From Tubiluchus corallicola (lineage: Eukaryota; Animalia; Priapulida), in the NCBI GenBank assembly GCA_030141605.1, contig JAQGDQ010002438.1, forward strand, positions 1 to 37,094: a DNA stretch of 37,094 bases, written 5' to 3'. Both the position numbers and the translations under genes were made by a program. Each line of letters opens with the position of its first letter. Within the stretch, counting starts at the first letter, position 1. The notes under the pieces were generated by a model. That model was not told the DNA's origin. It did no database searches and was given only the letters and a program-made list of their open reading frames with translations. Of the stretch, positions 1-8,593 are shown piece by piece.

Positions 1-1091
1 AGAATAAAGTTGAAAAGCTCGAATTCAATCCGGCGGCTCCCTTCAAAAATACAAGAGTGGACGAAAGTGGTAGCTATGTGAACACCTGCAAATTAAAAAC
101 CCCTTGTACAAATATACATAAAAACCAACCACTTATCCCCCTTGTGGAACACCTTATCACCGCCTTGCTCCCAGACGAATCGGATCGGGCGATTTTACTA
201 TCGTATATGGCGGCGTGTGTCCAGCATGTAGGAAAAAAATTTCAATGGTGCGTTGTTCTGCAAGGCGTTGAGGGGAACGGGAAGTCAACCCTGATGCAGC
301 TTTTAGCAGATTGTTTCTCCAGAAGTCAGATAAGTTTTCCAGCGAGTGCCGATCTAAGCGACCGTTTTAACGGCTGGATCCACAGGAAATTATTCATAGG
401 AATCAACGAGATATATGCGCCGGCTGAAAAAGAAGACAGAACCGAGACGCTCAAGCCCCTAATTTCCGATTCGACAATCAGGCTAAGAAGGATGCGCCGA
501 GATTCCGAAACAGTCGACAACTTCGCTAATTTTTTCATGTGCACGAATCATAAAAATGCCGTCGCGAAAACGGCTAAAGACAGGCGATATTGCGTTTTTT
601 ATACGGCGCAGCAAACAGCTGAAGACTTGACAAAAAGCGGCCTTACGCCAGAATTTTTTTGCAAGCTATACGATTCGATCCGCCCGGGGGTTTTCGAGTC
701 GTGGCTGCGGTCGATTCGAATCGATCCACGGTTCGACCCCGCTAGGGCGTGCATACGCGCGCCGGCAACCAGCATGCAAAAAGCCATAATTTACAATAGT
801 TTATCAGAATTCGAATGCTTGGTTAGGGATATTATCGACGGCGGCAGCTGGGGGTTACGAGGTGGCTGGGTGTCTTTGAGCCACCTAACTATCGCGCTAA
901 AAAATTACGGACATACCGTTGCGTCCAACATTTTATCAAAAACTGTTAAGGAGCTCGGTTATGATTTTTCCGGCCGGATAAGACTTCCGGTGGGGCTTGG
1001 CGGTAACCGCATACGTTTATACACCACGCACAAAAATGATTTTTTGAATTCCACTGAAATAAAAAACGCTTTTTTGGACGCCCAAAAATAA
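1..1091 (+). CDS. 3' part of the primase-helicase (duplicate of the end of 34114..36249)
   Basis: Translation identical to the C-terminal part of the 711 aa ORF; Walker A GVEGNGKST. Confidence 0.9.
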   Translation, partial: NKVEKLEFNPAAPFKNTRVDESGSYVNTCKLKTPCTNIHKNQPLIPLVEHLITALLPDESDRAILLSYMAACVQHVGKKFQWCVVLQGVEGNGKSTLMQLLADCFSRSQISFPASADLSDRFNGWIHRKLFIGINEIYAPAEKEDRTETLKPLISDSTIRLRRMRRDSETVDNFANFFMCTNHKNAVAKTAKDRRYCVFYTAQQTAEDLTKSGLTPEFFCKLYDSIRPGVFESWLRSIRIDPRFDPARACIRAPATSMQKAIIYNSLSEFECLVRDIIDGGSWGLRGGWVSLSHLTIALKNYGHTVASNILSKTVKELGYDFSGRIRLPVGLGGNRIRLYTTHKNDFLNSTEIKNAFLDAQK

Positions 1092-1130
1092 CCCCGTAAC
1101 TACTTTGTTACGGGGGAGGTCCTTGTTTTT
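1092..1130 (+). terminator. Hairpin between convergent primase and HTH genes; probable intrinsic terminator
   Basis: CCCCGTAAC-tacttt-GTTACGGGG directly after the stop codon, with a T-tract downstream and an A-tract upstream. Confidence 0.6.
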
Positions 1131-1175
1131 TGCTCAAAAAAAAGGGAGGATTTAAAAAGAGCATGCGTAAAAAAG

Positions 1176-1640
1176 CTACCTGAAAAAATATTCAACAGGC
1201 ACCTTGTTAATATTAGCAAATTTTACCAAAATGTCAACAGGAATTTTACTTCTTTTCGTTTCGTAAAAGCAGTACTGCATTGTCGAAACGCCGAGAATCT
1301 CCGCAACATCCCGCTGCAATAAATTATTTTTTTTCCTAACCGCCCTCATACGAATCGAGACGTTTTCAGTTGAGTAGTCCTCCCTGCGTTCTTCTTTTTT
1401 GCCGCCGGTTGGATCCACAGAAAAATTTAGATCAAAAAGGTCCAAAAGCAGTTGAGCTTTTGAGCACGGCATATCAACTGTACCATTTAGATATTTTTGA
1501 AAATTTGTATATGATAATTCTTTACTATTTTTAAAATACGCCTTTTGCGTGCCGCCCAGCTCATGGATCTTCAGCAGAGCTTCCCGGGTTATATCCCGTT
1601 GAATTTTCGAACTTTTTTTCATGTCTTCGGTCCTTTCCAT
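1176..1640 (-). CDS. XRE/Cro-C1 HTH transcriptional regulator, probably two HTH domains
   Basis: C-terminal RMRAVRKKNNLLQRDVAEILGVSTMQYCFYETKRSKIPVDILVKFA is HTH_3-like; N-terminal LSYTNFQKYLNGTVDMP looks like a second HTH. Confidence 0.85.
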   Translation of the reverse strand: MERTEDMKKSSKIQRDITREALLKIHELGGTQKAYFKNSKELSYTNFQKYLNGTVDMPCSKAQLLLDLFDLNFSVDPTGGKKEERREDYSTENVSIRMRAVRKKNNLLQRDVAEILGVSTMQYCFYETKRSKIPVDILVKFANINKVPVEYFFR

Positions 1641-1641
1641 T

Positions 1642-2058
1642 TTAAATTTTTACACCTTGTGCGGGCGTAAAGTCGCCACGGTAACCCTCGCAAATATGGC
1701 AATTGACGCAATCTCGGCAATCGTAGCAACTGCCGCAAACATGGCAATTGACGCAAGCAAGGCAATCGTAGCAATTGTGGCAGTTGCGGCAATGATCACA
1801 ATTGTTACAATTGCTACAATCCCAGCAACCTTCGCAATCTTGACAGTTATCAGGGCAGTTGCGGCAATTGTGGCAGTTGCGGCAATTGTGGCAGTTGCGG
1901 CAAAAAGAGCAATCTTCACAATTTTCGCAATTTTCCAAGGTTTCTAATGACATTTTCGCTTTTTCCTCGGTACCCCAAAAGTCCAAAGTCGCCACATTTC
2001 TATTCTCGTCCTGAAAATAGACGCCTAATTCTTCATCCTCATATTTTGTTATTTTCAT
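1642..2058 (-). CDS. Cys-rich (Cxx)n repeat protein, paralog 1
   Basis: Conserved N-terminus MKITKYEDEELGVYFQDENRNVATLDFWGTEEKAK.SLETL then 27 Cys at near-perfect 3-residue period; RBS-like AGGGG upstream. Confidence 0.85.
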   Translation of the reverse strand: MKITKYEDEELGVYFQDENRNVATLDFWGTEEKAKMSLETLENCENCEDCSFCRNCHNCRNCHNCRNCPDNCQDCEGCWDCSNCNNCDHCRNCHNCYDCLACVNCHVCGSCYDCRDCVNCHICEGYRGDFTPAQGVKI

Positions 2059-2074
2059 CTTAAAAACCCCTATT

Positions 2075-2450
2075 TTAAATTTTTACACTTTTTACGGGCG
2101 TAAAGTCGCCGCGCCGGTTATTGCCAATCCCGGCAATCGCGGCAATCGCGGCAATGCCGGCAATTGACGCAAACACGGCAGCTAACGCAAACACGGCAGC
2201 TAACGCAATTACGGCAATTACGGCACTTAACGCAAAGTACGCAATTAACGCAAAGTATGCAATTACGGCAATTTTCACAATCGTAACAAAAAGAGCAATT
2301 TACACAATTTTCACAATTTTCCAGAGTTTCTAGGGACCTTTTAGCTTTTTCCTCACCGCCCCAAAAGTCTAAAGTCGCCACATTTTTATTCTCGTCCTGA
2401 AAATAGACGCCTAATTCTTCATTCTCATGTTTTGTTATTTTACGTGTCAT
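2075..2450 (-). CDS. Cys-rich (Cxx)n repeat protein, paralog 2 (stop at 2118 as sequenced; the homologous tail ending at 2075 is out of frame)
   Basis: Same N-terminal domain, 21 Cys; tail RGDFTPVKSVKI matching paralog 1 (RGDFTPAQGVKI) lies in a shifted frame. Confidence 0.8.
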
Positions 2451-2484
2451 CTTAAAAATCCTCTTCCTTTCTGTTTATAAGTAT

Positions 2485-2513
2485 ATATTAGCATGTCTAA
2501 AAATCAATGTCAA
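2485..2513 (-). promoter_or_regulatory. sigma70-type promoter (extended -10) for Cys-repeat genes and HTH
   Basis: TTGACA-17bp-TAATAT with TGn, followed by GAAGAGG RBS and the ATG at 2450. Confidence 0.8.
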
Positions 2514-2571
2514 GAGTTATTTTTATATGCTACGTAAAATAACGGTAACCATCGACATTGATTTTTTTATT

Positions 2572-3105
2572 TTAGTTAACTTTAAAGCCTCTTTTCGCCC
2601 AAGCGGCGCGAACCGCGTCAAATTCTTCCGTATTCGTTGAGATAAAAGGAACATTTTTAAATTTTTTCTTGCCGTTTGGGAGGATAAAATACTTTGTGTA
2701 GTCTACTTTTTGAACGACGGTAACTTCGATTATCGTGTCATCTATATCAACAAGCGCTTGGAATTTTTTCATTACTTTGGTTGGTTTGGCTGCTTCAATA
2801 TATTTGGCCATCTCTTCTGCCGATACAAAACGGATATTTTCGATCGCTTGCTTTATTTCATAGTATTTTACTTTGCGGAAATTTGATCCGTGATGATGGT
2901 ACTCACCACCCCATTCTATAACGTCATTTTTCATAAGCAGGTTAAAATTTCTTTTGGTAAATTTGAATGGCAGTTTTTCATCTTTTAATAAAGCGGCTAG
3001 TACGTCAAATAGCTCGTTTTCCGCTGCCACGCTAGAAGAATAATCGGCGATAATCGCGTTAACTGATTTGTTGGTTCTTTTGTCATATCCGCGCCCCATT
3101 CCCAT
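2572..3105 (-). CDS. Hypothetical early protein
   Basis: 177 aa ORF with GAGGAG RBS and its own promoter. Confidence 0.75.
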   Translation of the reverse strand: MGMGRGYDKRTNKSVNAIIADYSSSVAAENELFDVLAALLKDEKLPFKFTKRNFNLLMKNDVIEWGGEYHHHGSNFRKVKYYEIKQAIENIRFVSAEEMAKYIEAAKPTKVMKKFQALVDIDDTIIEVTVVQKVDYTKYFILPNGKKKFKNVPFISTNTEEFDAVRAAWAKRGFKVN

Positions 3106-3145
3106 TTTAAAGCTCCTCTTCGTATCTCGTGTTGTTTATAATTAT

Positions 3146-3174
3146 AATATAGCACATGGAAAATAGCTTGTCAA
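3146..3174 (-). promoter_or_regulatory. sigma70-type promoter (extended -10), inside a ~75 bp repeat also present at ~22958-23033
   Basis: TTGACA-agctattttccatgtgc-TATATT plus an A/T-rich UP-like tract. Confidence 0.85.
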
Positions 3175-3205
3175 GGATTTTTTTAATAAAAATACAAAAT
3201 AATTT

Positions 3206-3690
3206 TTATCCAACCGTTTTTGCAGGACAAATTTATACGATTATGGGTAGATTTTCTAAAATTATGAGGGTATTTTCCCTATTTTGGTACAACAAATCCG
3301 TATGCTTCTAGAAATGTTTTTCTATTTTAGCGCTGTAAATATTTCTATTTTAGAAAAATATTTCTATTTTACGTCCCCACACAGTGGTTTTTTGGCTTTT
3401 GGGCCTATTAAAGGGACGATCGTCGGGACTCTCGCCAACCCCTTATTGCTTACCTTTTATATATATATGTCCTTATGTCCTTATAAAATAATATATATAA
3501 ATAAAAAAGAGAGAGGGGCCTCTCTATATAGGGTAGGATTTTAAAATGGAAGTGGGATTTTTGAGGGACAGTTGGACAAAAGATCAAAAAAGTACACTTT
3601 TATGCGGGTTTCAGCGTGGCCCACTATTTTGGCCCCCTTTTTCGGCGGGGCACATACGCTGGACCAGCCGTATTTATTTTGTGGGATAAG
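3206..3690. other. AT-rich non-coding region; candidate replication origin or packaging region
   Basis: Largest intergenic gap; TTTCTATTTT x3, (TA)n tracts and repeated GGGAC/GTCC motifs; lies just upstream of terS. Confidence 0.4.
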
Positions 3691-3692
3691 TA

Positions 3693-3701
3693 TGTTATAA
3701 T
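3693..3701 (+). promoter_or_regulatory. Extended -10 promoter for the late operon, probably giving a leaderless terS mRNA
   Basis: TGTTATAAT ending 7 nt before the ATG at 3708; no SD sequence. Confidence 0.6.
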
Positions 3702-3707
3702 TTCCTT

Positions 3708-4100
3708 ATGGCTAGAAAATATGTGGATTTTACAACTTGGGGCTTCATGACCGAATCGGAACGGCGAGAGTACGTTCGTGTACTTTTGGCGTTCGGCAAT
3801 AATCCGGACGCTATCGCTAGGAATTTCTGCCTTAACGTTGTGGATTTTAGGCGGCAGTACGCCGCTGAAATTGAAAGCGCTAAATACGGGCTGCAATACG
3901 AATGCTTTAAAACCCTTGTGGAGGCCGTCAAGACAGATCCAAAAATCGCGCTGGAGGTCGCCAAGAAATTAGCGCCGGTTTTGAGGAAGGAAATACAGGA
4001 AACAGGTACCGTTATATCTGTTGCAGAGGAAAGCGGTATAGAGGTTGTTCCGATTTGGGTAGGTGACGGCCCACCGGAGGAGCCTGAATCATGTACGTAG
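3708..4100 (+). CDS. terS: Probable terminase small subunit
   Basis: 130 aa, directly upstream of and overlapping terL; call is positional. Confidence 0.65.
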   Translation: MARKYVDFTTWGFMTESERREYVRVLLAFGNNPDAIARNFCLNVVDFRRQYAAEIESAKYGLQYECFKTLVEAVKTDPKIALEVAKKLAPVLRKEIQETGTVISVAEESGIEVVPIWVGDGPPEEPESCT

Positions 4101-5506
4101 AGATCCCTACAGCGGCTTTGCGGGCCATACGGGAAGTCATCCCGAAGATGCGTCCGTTTTTCCAGCGTCCGGAGCGCATAAAGATCGCGGAGGGAGGAAG
4201 GGCGTCTGGGAAGTCGCGCGCTTTTGGCGCAGGGATAGTATTCCAAGCTCTGGTAGCCCCCCAGCGTTTATTAGTTGCGCGGCAGGTTAAAGCGTCTACA
4301 AAGGCAAGTGTGCAGACAAATATCGAGAACATAATAGCGAGGTATTCCTTACAGCCGTTCTTTAGAAGCTATCGGGATAGAATTACTTGCGTCAAGGGCA
4401 GTACGATTGATTTTATCGGGGTAAGAAGTACGACGGAGCTATCAGACGCGCTCCTTAGCTTTGAGGGCTATAACATTTTGTGGATTGAAGAAGGACAGAC
4501 CGTGTCAACAAGGGCATGGGAGCTCATTTTACCGACGTTGCGGGCTAAAGGATCTGAAATATGGATATCGGCCAACAGAATTTACACAACTGACCCCTTT
4601 TATACACTTTTTGTGGAATCAGGGCGGCAAGATGTTATGCACGAGTATCTTACCTACAAAGACAACCCCTACCTGCCGGAAACAATGGTCAGGGAAAAGG
4701 AAGTGATGAAAAATTCTAATTATGAGTCGTACCGGCATCATTGGCTAGGAGAGCCGCTAGCAGAGGATTCCGAGCGTCTTGTGATAAATAGCGCGCTTTT
4801 TGCTCAAATGGTTACGCCCGTCATTCCGGAGGACGGCGAGCTCGTTCTGGCGCTGGACGTCGGCGAGCGCGGTACGGATCCCTCAGCGGTTTGCGTGCGA
4901 CAGGGCGATACGGTCGTCCATATGGAACTTTGGCACGAAGAAGATATCGTTAAAACCGCTAAAAGGGCGCTGGGGATAGCTAAAGAGTTCAATTGCTTCG
5001 AATTGAGATATGACGCGATTGGCGTTGGCTCCGGTGTCGGCGGGACGTTTAGGAGCCTAGTCAATGAGCGATTTTATACCATTTTACCATATCGCGGCAG
5101 TGCGGCAGTCCGGCAGCCCACAAGAATCGAGCCTTGGAACCGGGAGGCAAACAAAGAAATATACACTAACTTTAAATCTCAATCTTGGATGCACCTGCAG
5201 CGTCTTGCAAGGGAGGGAAAGGTTAAAATATTAAAAAACGCCACAAATATAAATGACTTGCGTAACGAGCTAGCATACGTTACAATAGATCGCAGCAAGG
5301 CGCACGGGCGTATTTTAATAGACAAATACTCAGATTCGAAGGTTTCGCCGAATCTAGCGGATGCGTTCATGATGGCCTTTGCGCCGATGAGCGTAGGCAA
5401 AGATGTAAAGGTTGGCGGCGTTGATACCCGAAAAGTACAGAAGAAAAAGCGAGCGGCTGTCGCGGCTGGGGCAGGTCGGCGAGGACAGAAAATCGTACGA
5501 CTATGA
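4091..5506 (+). CDS. terL: Terminase large subunit (PBSX/Terminase_3-like)
   Basis: Walker A GGRASGKS, Walker B WIEEG, TYKDNPYL, nuclease motifs LALDVG and SPNLADAF. Confidence 0.95.
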   Translation: MYVEIPTAALRAIREVIPKMRPFFQRPERIKIAEGGRASGKSRAFGAGIVFQALVAPQRLLVARQVKASTKASVQTNIENIIARYSLQPFFRSYRDRITCVKGSTIDFIGVRSTTELSDALLSFEGYNILWIEEGQTVSTRAWELILPTLRAKGSEIWISANRIYTTDPFYTLFVESGRQDVMHEYLTYKDNPYLPETMVREKEVMKNSNYESYRHHWLGEPLAEDSERLVINSALFAQMVTPVIPEDGELVLALDVGERGTDPSAVCVRQGDTVVHMELWHEEDIVKTAKRALGIAKEFNCFELRYDAIGVGSGVGGTFRSLVNERFYTILPYRGSAAVRQPTRIEPWNREANKEIYTNFKSQSWMHLQRLAREGKVKILKNATNINDLRNELAYVTIDRSKAHGRILIDKYSDSKVSPNLADAFMMAFAPMSVGKDVKVGGVDTRKVQKKKRAAVAAGAGRRGQKIVRL

Positions 5507-7439
5507 AGACTGCGCAAAAATTTATGAAGAAATGCTGCAAGACGCCCACATTTCCTCGATACTCAACGGAATTGGCACAGATCTTTTTGGGGCGGAATGG
5601 AACGTTTTACCCTTTTCAGACAGCCCGCAGGACGCCCAGCTCGCTAACTTTGTTGAGACTATCCTTTTTGAAAATATCGAAATAAGGAAGTACGCGGAGG
5701 AGATTCTATCATATCTTGTTCACGGATTTTCGTACTTTGTAAAGGTGTGGAAAAACGCCGATGTACAGGGGTACGGCGTTAAAACTATCATCGATGATTT
5801 AAGCTTTAGGGAGCAAATAACGTTATCAGATTTTGACTTTTGCAAACAGACAGGCGATCTCGAGTCCGTCAAACAGACGGTAAATCATGAGACGGTTGAG
5901 ATTCCCGGCGATGTTTTATTGCAATTCTACCATAAGAAAAAGGGGCTTAACGGCGGCGAATCGCTCCTTTACTCCGCGATCAGACCATGGGAAAATAAGA
6001 AGCTTCTTGAATACGTGAAAGAGCAGGCAATAAGGCGTCAAGTCGGCACTAAAATAATCGCCTCCACTTCTGCTCAAGTTGGAACCGAAGAATATAGAGG
6101 CTACGAGAATGCCCTTGGCGAATTTTCGGACGGCGAGGCTAGTTACTTGCTTTACCAAGAAGGCTATTCGAATATTAACGCCTTGGAGTTTAATTACGAT
6201 CCTGAGCAGTACAACCGCATGTTGGCTTACGAAAACGAACAAATAAATACGGCTGCTATGGCGCTGTATTTGAACATTGGAAACGCCGAGTCCAGCGGAA
6301 ACCGGGCGCTTGGGGAAGTTTTTACGGACATGTATCTCCGCGTGGCGCAAGGATACGCTCGAAATATCGAAGATGTTATTTTGCGCGGGGTGATCAAGCC
6401 TATTGTAATCGCCAACTTTGGAGAGATGCCCGGCTACCCCGTTCTAAAAATCCAAAATATCGAAAGTACACGAGTTACTTACGCCGATCGCCTTAAATCT
6501 CTGGGCGATGCCGGGCTGCTCATCCCCGATAAACCCGTTCGGGAGATTATTCGGGAACGGGAGGAGCTACCGCCGGAGGAAGAATCGCAAATTCCCGATA
6601 GTCTGGATTTTGCGGCCGGGCAAACGGTTAGCGAATCAGGTCGGGCGGCGCGTAAGATTTTGGAGGACAACAAGGATTTGCTCACTGCCGAGGTCATCGA
6701 GTTTTTAACGGTAGCTGTGGATAACTCCGTGGATAAAATTATCGCCAATGTTAAGCGGTTGCCGGAAAATCAGGTATACAAGGCGATAGAGGATTCTGGG
6801 ATAAAAGGGAAGACGCGCCTGATAAAAATCATTCGCGATGGCTTATTAAGGACCGCCGTCGAGTCGGACGTTGAAGCGAGGAATGAAGTCGATGAACCTC
6901 TGACTTTCGCAGCGGGTGATGAGTTACAAGCCTCAATCAAGGCAAAAATTAACATGTTAGCCGAGACTATCGGCACTTCGATTATAGCAAAAAATAATGA
7001 GGTACTGGCGGCGTCCTTTATGGCCGCGACAACTTCCTCAACCGATAGTAAAGCAATTAATAACACTTTGACGGCAGCCGCTGATAAAGTCGTCGATGGG
7101 GCCCAAGTAAAAGTACAAGTGGGGAACGCGGTTGCGCGCGTCGCTTCGGCCGCCAGATCGGACGTTTTTTTCCGGCCGGAGGTATTAGACAAGTTGTACG
7201 CTTTTGTTTTTTACAACCCTGCGCCCGTATCGGCGATTTGCAAAGCGATGGTTGATACGGTGGTAGAGGCGTCCACAAGTAGCGCGCCGGATATTTACGC
7301 GACGCCTCTTCACCATAATTGTAAAAGCAGTTGGGTGCCTGTTAGGAAAAACGCTCCCAGAAAACCAAAAATCACAGGCTTGCCAACCATAAGCCAAGAG
7401 GCGCAAGGCAGCGCTACGTTAGGAGGAATACAGCAATGA
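5412..7439 (+). CDS. Portal protein (DUF935/Mu gp29-like) fused to a MuF/SPP1 gp7-like head morphogenesis domain; start uncertain (TTG 5412 or 5421)
   Basis: Follows terL; portal-like motifs YEEMLQDAHISS, GESLL, GNRALGEV, IKPIVIANFG; C-terminal C...PLHHNCKS MuF-like signature. Confidence 0.85.
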   Translation: MAALIPEKYRRKSERLSRLGQVGEDRKSYDYEDCAKIYEEMLQDAHISSILNGIGTDLFGAEWNVLPFSDSPQDAQLANFVETILFENIEIRKYAEEILSYLVHGFSYFVKVWKNADVQGYGVKTIIDDLSFREQITLSDFDFCKQTGDLESVKQTVNHETVEIPGDVLLQFYHKKKGLNGGESLLYSAIRPWENKKLLEYVKEQAIRRQVGTKIIASTSAQVGTEEYRGYENALGEFSDGEASYLLYQEGYSNINALEFNYDPEQYNRMLAYENEQINTAAMALYLNIGNAESSGNRALGEVFTDMYLRVAQGYARNIEDVILRGVIKPIVIANFGEMPGYPVLKIQNIESTRVTYADRLKSLGDAGLLIPDKPVREIIREREELPPEEESQIPDSLDFAAGQTVSESGRAARKILEDNKDLLTAEVIEFLTVAVDNSVDKIIANVKRLPENQVYKAIEDSGIKGKTRLIKIIRDGLLRTAVESDVEARNEVDEPLTFAAGDELQASIKAKINMLAETIGTSIIAKNNEVLAASFMAATTSSTDSKAINNTLTAAADKVVDGAQVKVQVGNAVARVASAARSDVFFRPEVLDKLYAFVFYNPAPVSAICKAMVDTVVEASTSSAPDIYATPLHHNCKSSWVPVRKNAPRKPKITGLPTISQEAQGSATLGGIQQ

Positions 7440-8593
7440 TAGTTGAAATTGATAGAGATTTAACGGTAGTAAATTCGGAATTTTCGCCGGATGAGGCGTT
7501 GGAACGAGTTTACGCCTTTTTTGGTGTGGAGGACGGGCAGCTGCTCCCGGAAGAGCTTAAAAAGGCTTTTCTATATGTATCTGGGGAAGGTGAAAAGCTG
7601 GAAGATTATAGCTTTTTAGTGGCAGATGTTGAGGAAGGCGCGCTCGTTTATAATAGAAATGCGTTGGAAGATGCGCTCGCCGTTCTTGAATCCGGCGAAA
7701 CGGACATCCCGGAAGAAGACGCCGCCCGGCTTGTAGAAATTGTCAAAGGGGTTCTTTCCGAGGAATCAGGGGAGCAGGGGGACGAAGAGCAGGAGGAGGA
7801 ATTTTCGCAGGAGGACGATCAGAAATTTTACAGCTTTTCGGTCAAGCCGGCGGATAATTCTGAACATGAGATAGAAGGCTTGCTTATCCCTTTTAACGAA
7901 TCGGCTGTTGATAAGGGCGGCATAAAGCTCGATTCTGACAGCTTGGATTTTGAAGAGGATAAAGAGTATCTTGTCTACTACAACCACGATACCGATTCTC
8001 CCCCAGCCGGCCGGGCAAAAGTTTTCAAGAAGGAAGACGGCGTTTACTACAAAGGTGTCCTTACCGGCGAATCTAAATTCGTAAAAGATGAGGTGATCCC
8101 CGCGTACAAAAATCGATTGCTTTCACATGTATCCGCTGGCGTCTCGCCGACAAGTCCGGTAGTTGACGGCGTTCTCAAAAAAGGCGTGCTTCGAAATATC
8201 TCGTTGGCGCCGGAGCCCTCCTTCTCAAGTACTTCTCTGACGATAAAAAATCAGGAGCTTGCCGCCGAGCTGCAATTTTCACGGGATAAAATCAAAGAGC
8301 TTGAAAATAAGGAACGTACCGCCGCTCGAGATCTAAAAATTAAAGAACTCGTGGAGGCGAGCAAAATAACAGTCGCCTTGTCCGACCAGCTAAAAAAGTT
8401 AGATTTTTCGGCGTGCGATGAGCTGCTTAAATTTTATGAGAAGCAGGACCCCTTTACTTTTTCAGCTGGTGGAATTGGGGATCAAAAAGCCACGGTTGAT
8501 TTTGAACGGAGAGTTAGAAATATAGCCCATTGTTTGCAGCGTCCGGAAAAGGAAGCTCGAAAAATCGTAAAGGAAAGGAGTCATAAAAAATGA
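7436..8593 (+). CDS. Prohead maturation protease (HK97/S78-like) with N-terminal extra domain and C-terminal scaffold
   Basis: LVYYNHD...PAG, HVSAG, NISLAPEPSF protease-like motifs; coiled-coil C-terminus; lies between portal and capsid. Confidence 0.8.
   Translation: MIVEIDRDLTVVNSEFSPDEALERVYAFFGVEDGQLLPEELKKAFLYVSGEGEKLEDYSFLVADVEEGALVYNRNALEDALAVLESGETDIPEEDAARLVEIVKGVLSEESGEQGDEEQEEEFSQEDDQKFYSFSVKPADNSEHEIEGLLIPFNESAVDKGGIKLDSDSLDFEEDKEYLVYYNHDTDSPPAGRAKVFKKEDGVYYKGVLTGESKFVKDEVIPAYKNRLLSHVSAGVSPTSPVVDGVLKKGVLRNISLAPEPSFSSTSLTIKNQELAAELQFSRDKIKELENKERTAARDLKIKELVEASKITVALSDQLKKLDFSACDELLKFYEKQDPFTFSAGGIGDQKATVDFERRVRNIAHCLQRPEKEARKIVKERSHKK

Larger units (their letters stand above)
1..1936. 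repeat. Terminal direct repeat, copy 1 (matches 35159-37094); circular overlap of a 35,158 bp genome
   Basis: Same sequence and same ORFs recur at a constant offset of 35158 (e.g. 326..544 = 35484..35702; 1176..1640 = 36334..36798). Confidence 0.97.

Noticed and set aside
1642-2058. Several CxxCH motifs (CRNCH, CVNCH; CRDCH in paralog 4) suggesting a multiheme cytochrome c
   Set aside because: No signal peptide for periplasmic heme attachment; motifs are packed in a continuous Cxx register and absent from paralogs 2 and 3, so they are probably by-products of the repeat
1621-2333. Ala/Ile/Val-rich ORFs (1621..1947, 1650..1919, 2075..2278, 2121..2333; also 21577..21881 and 21638..21844)
   Set aside because: Alternative-frame and antisense shadows of the stop-free 9 bp repeats; they lack the RBS/promoter context and shared domain of the Cys frame
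3284-3544. 86 aa + strand ORF in the intergenic region
   Set aside because: TTG start, no RBS, low-complexity AT-rich translation; more plausibly non-coding
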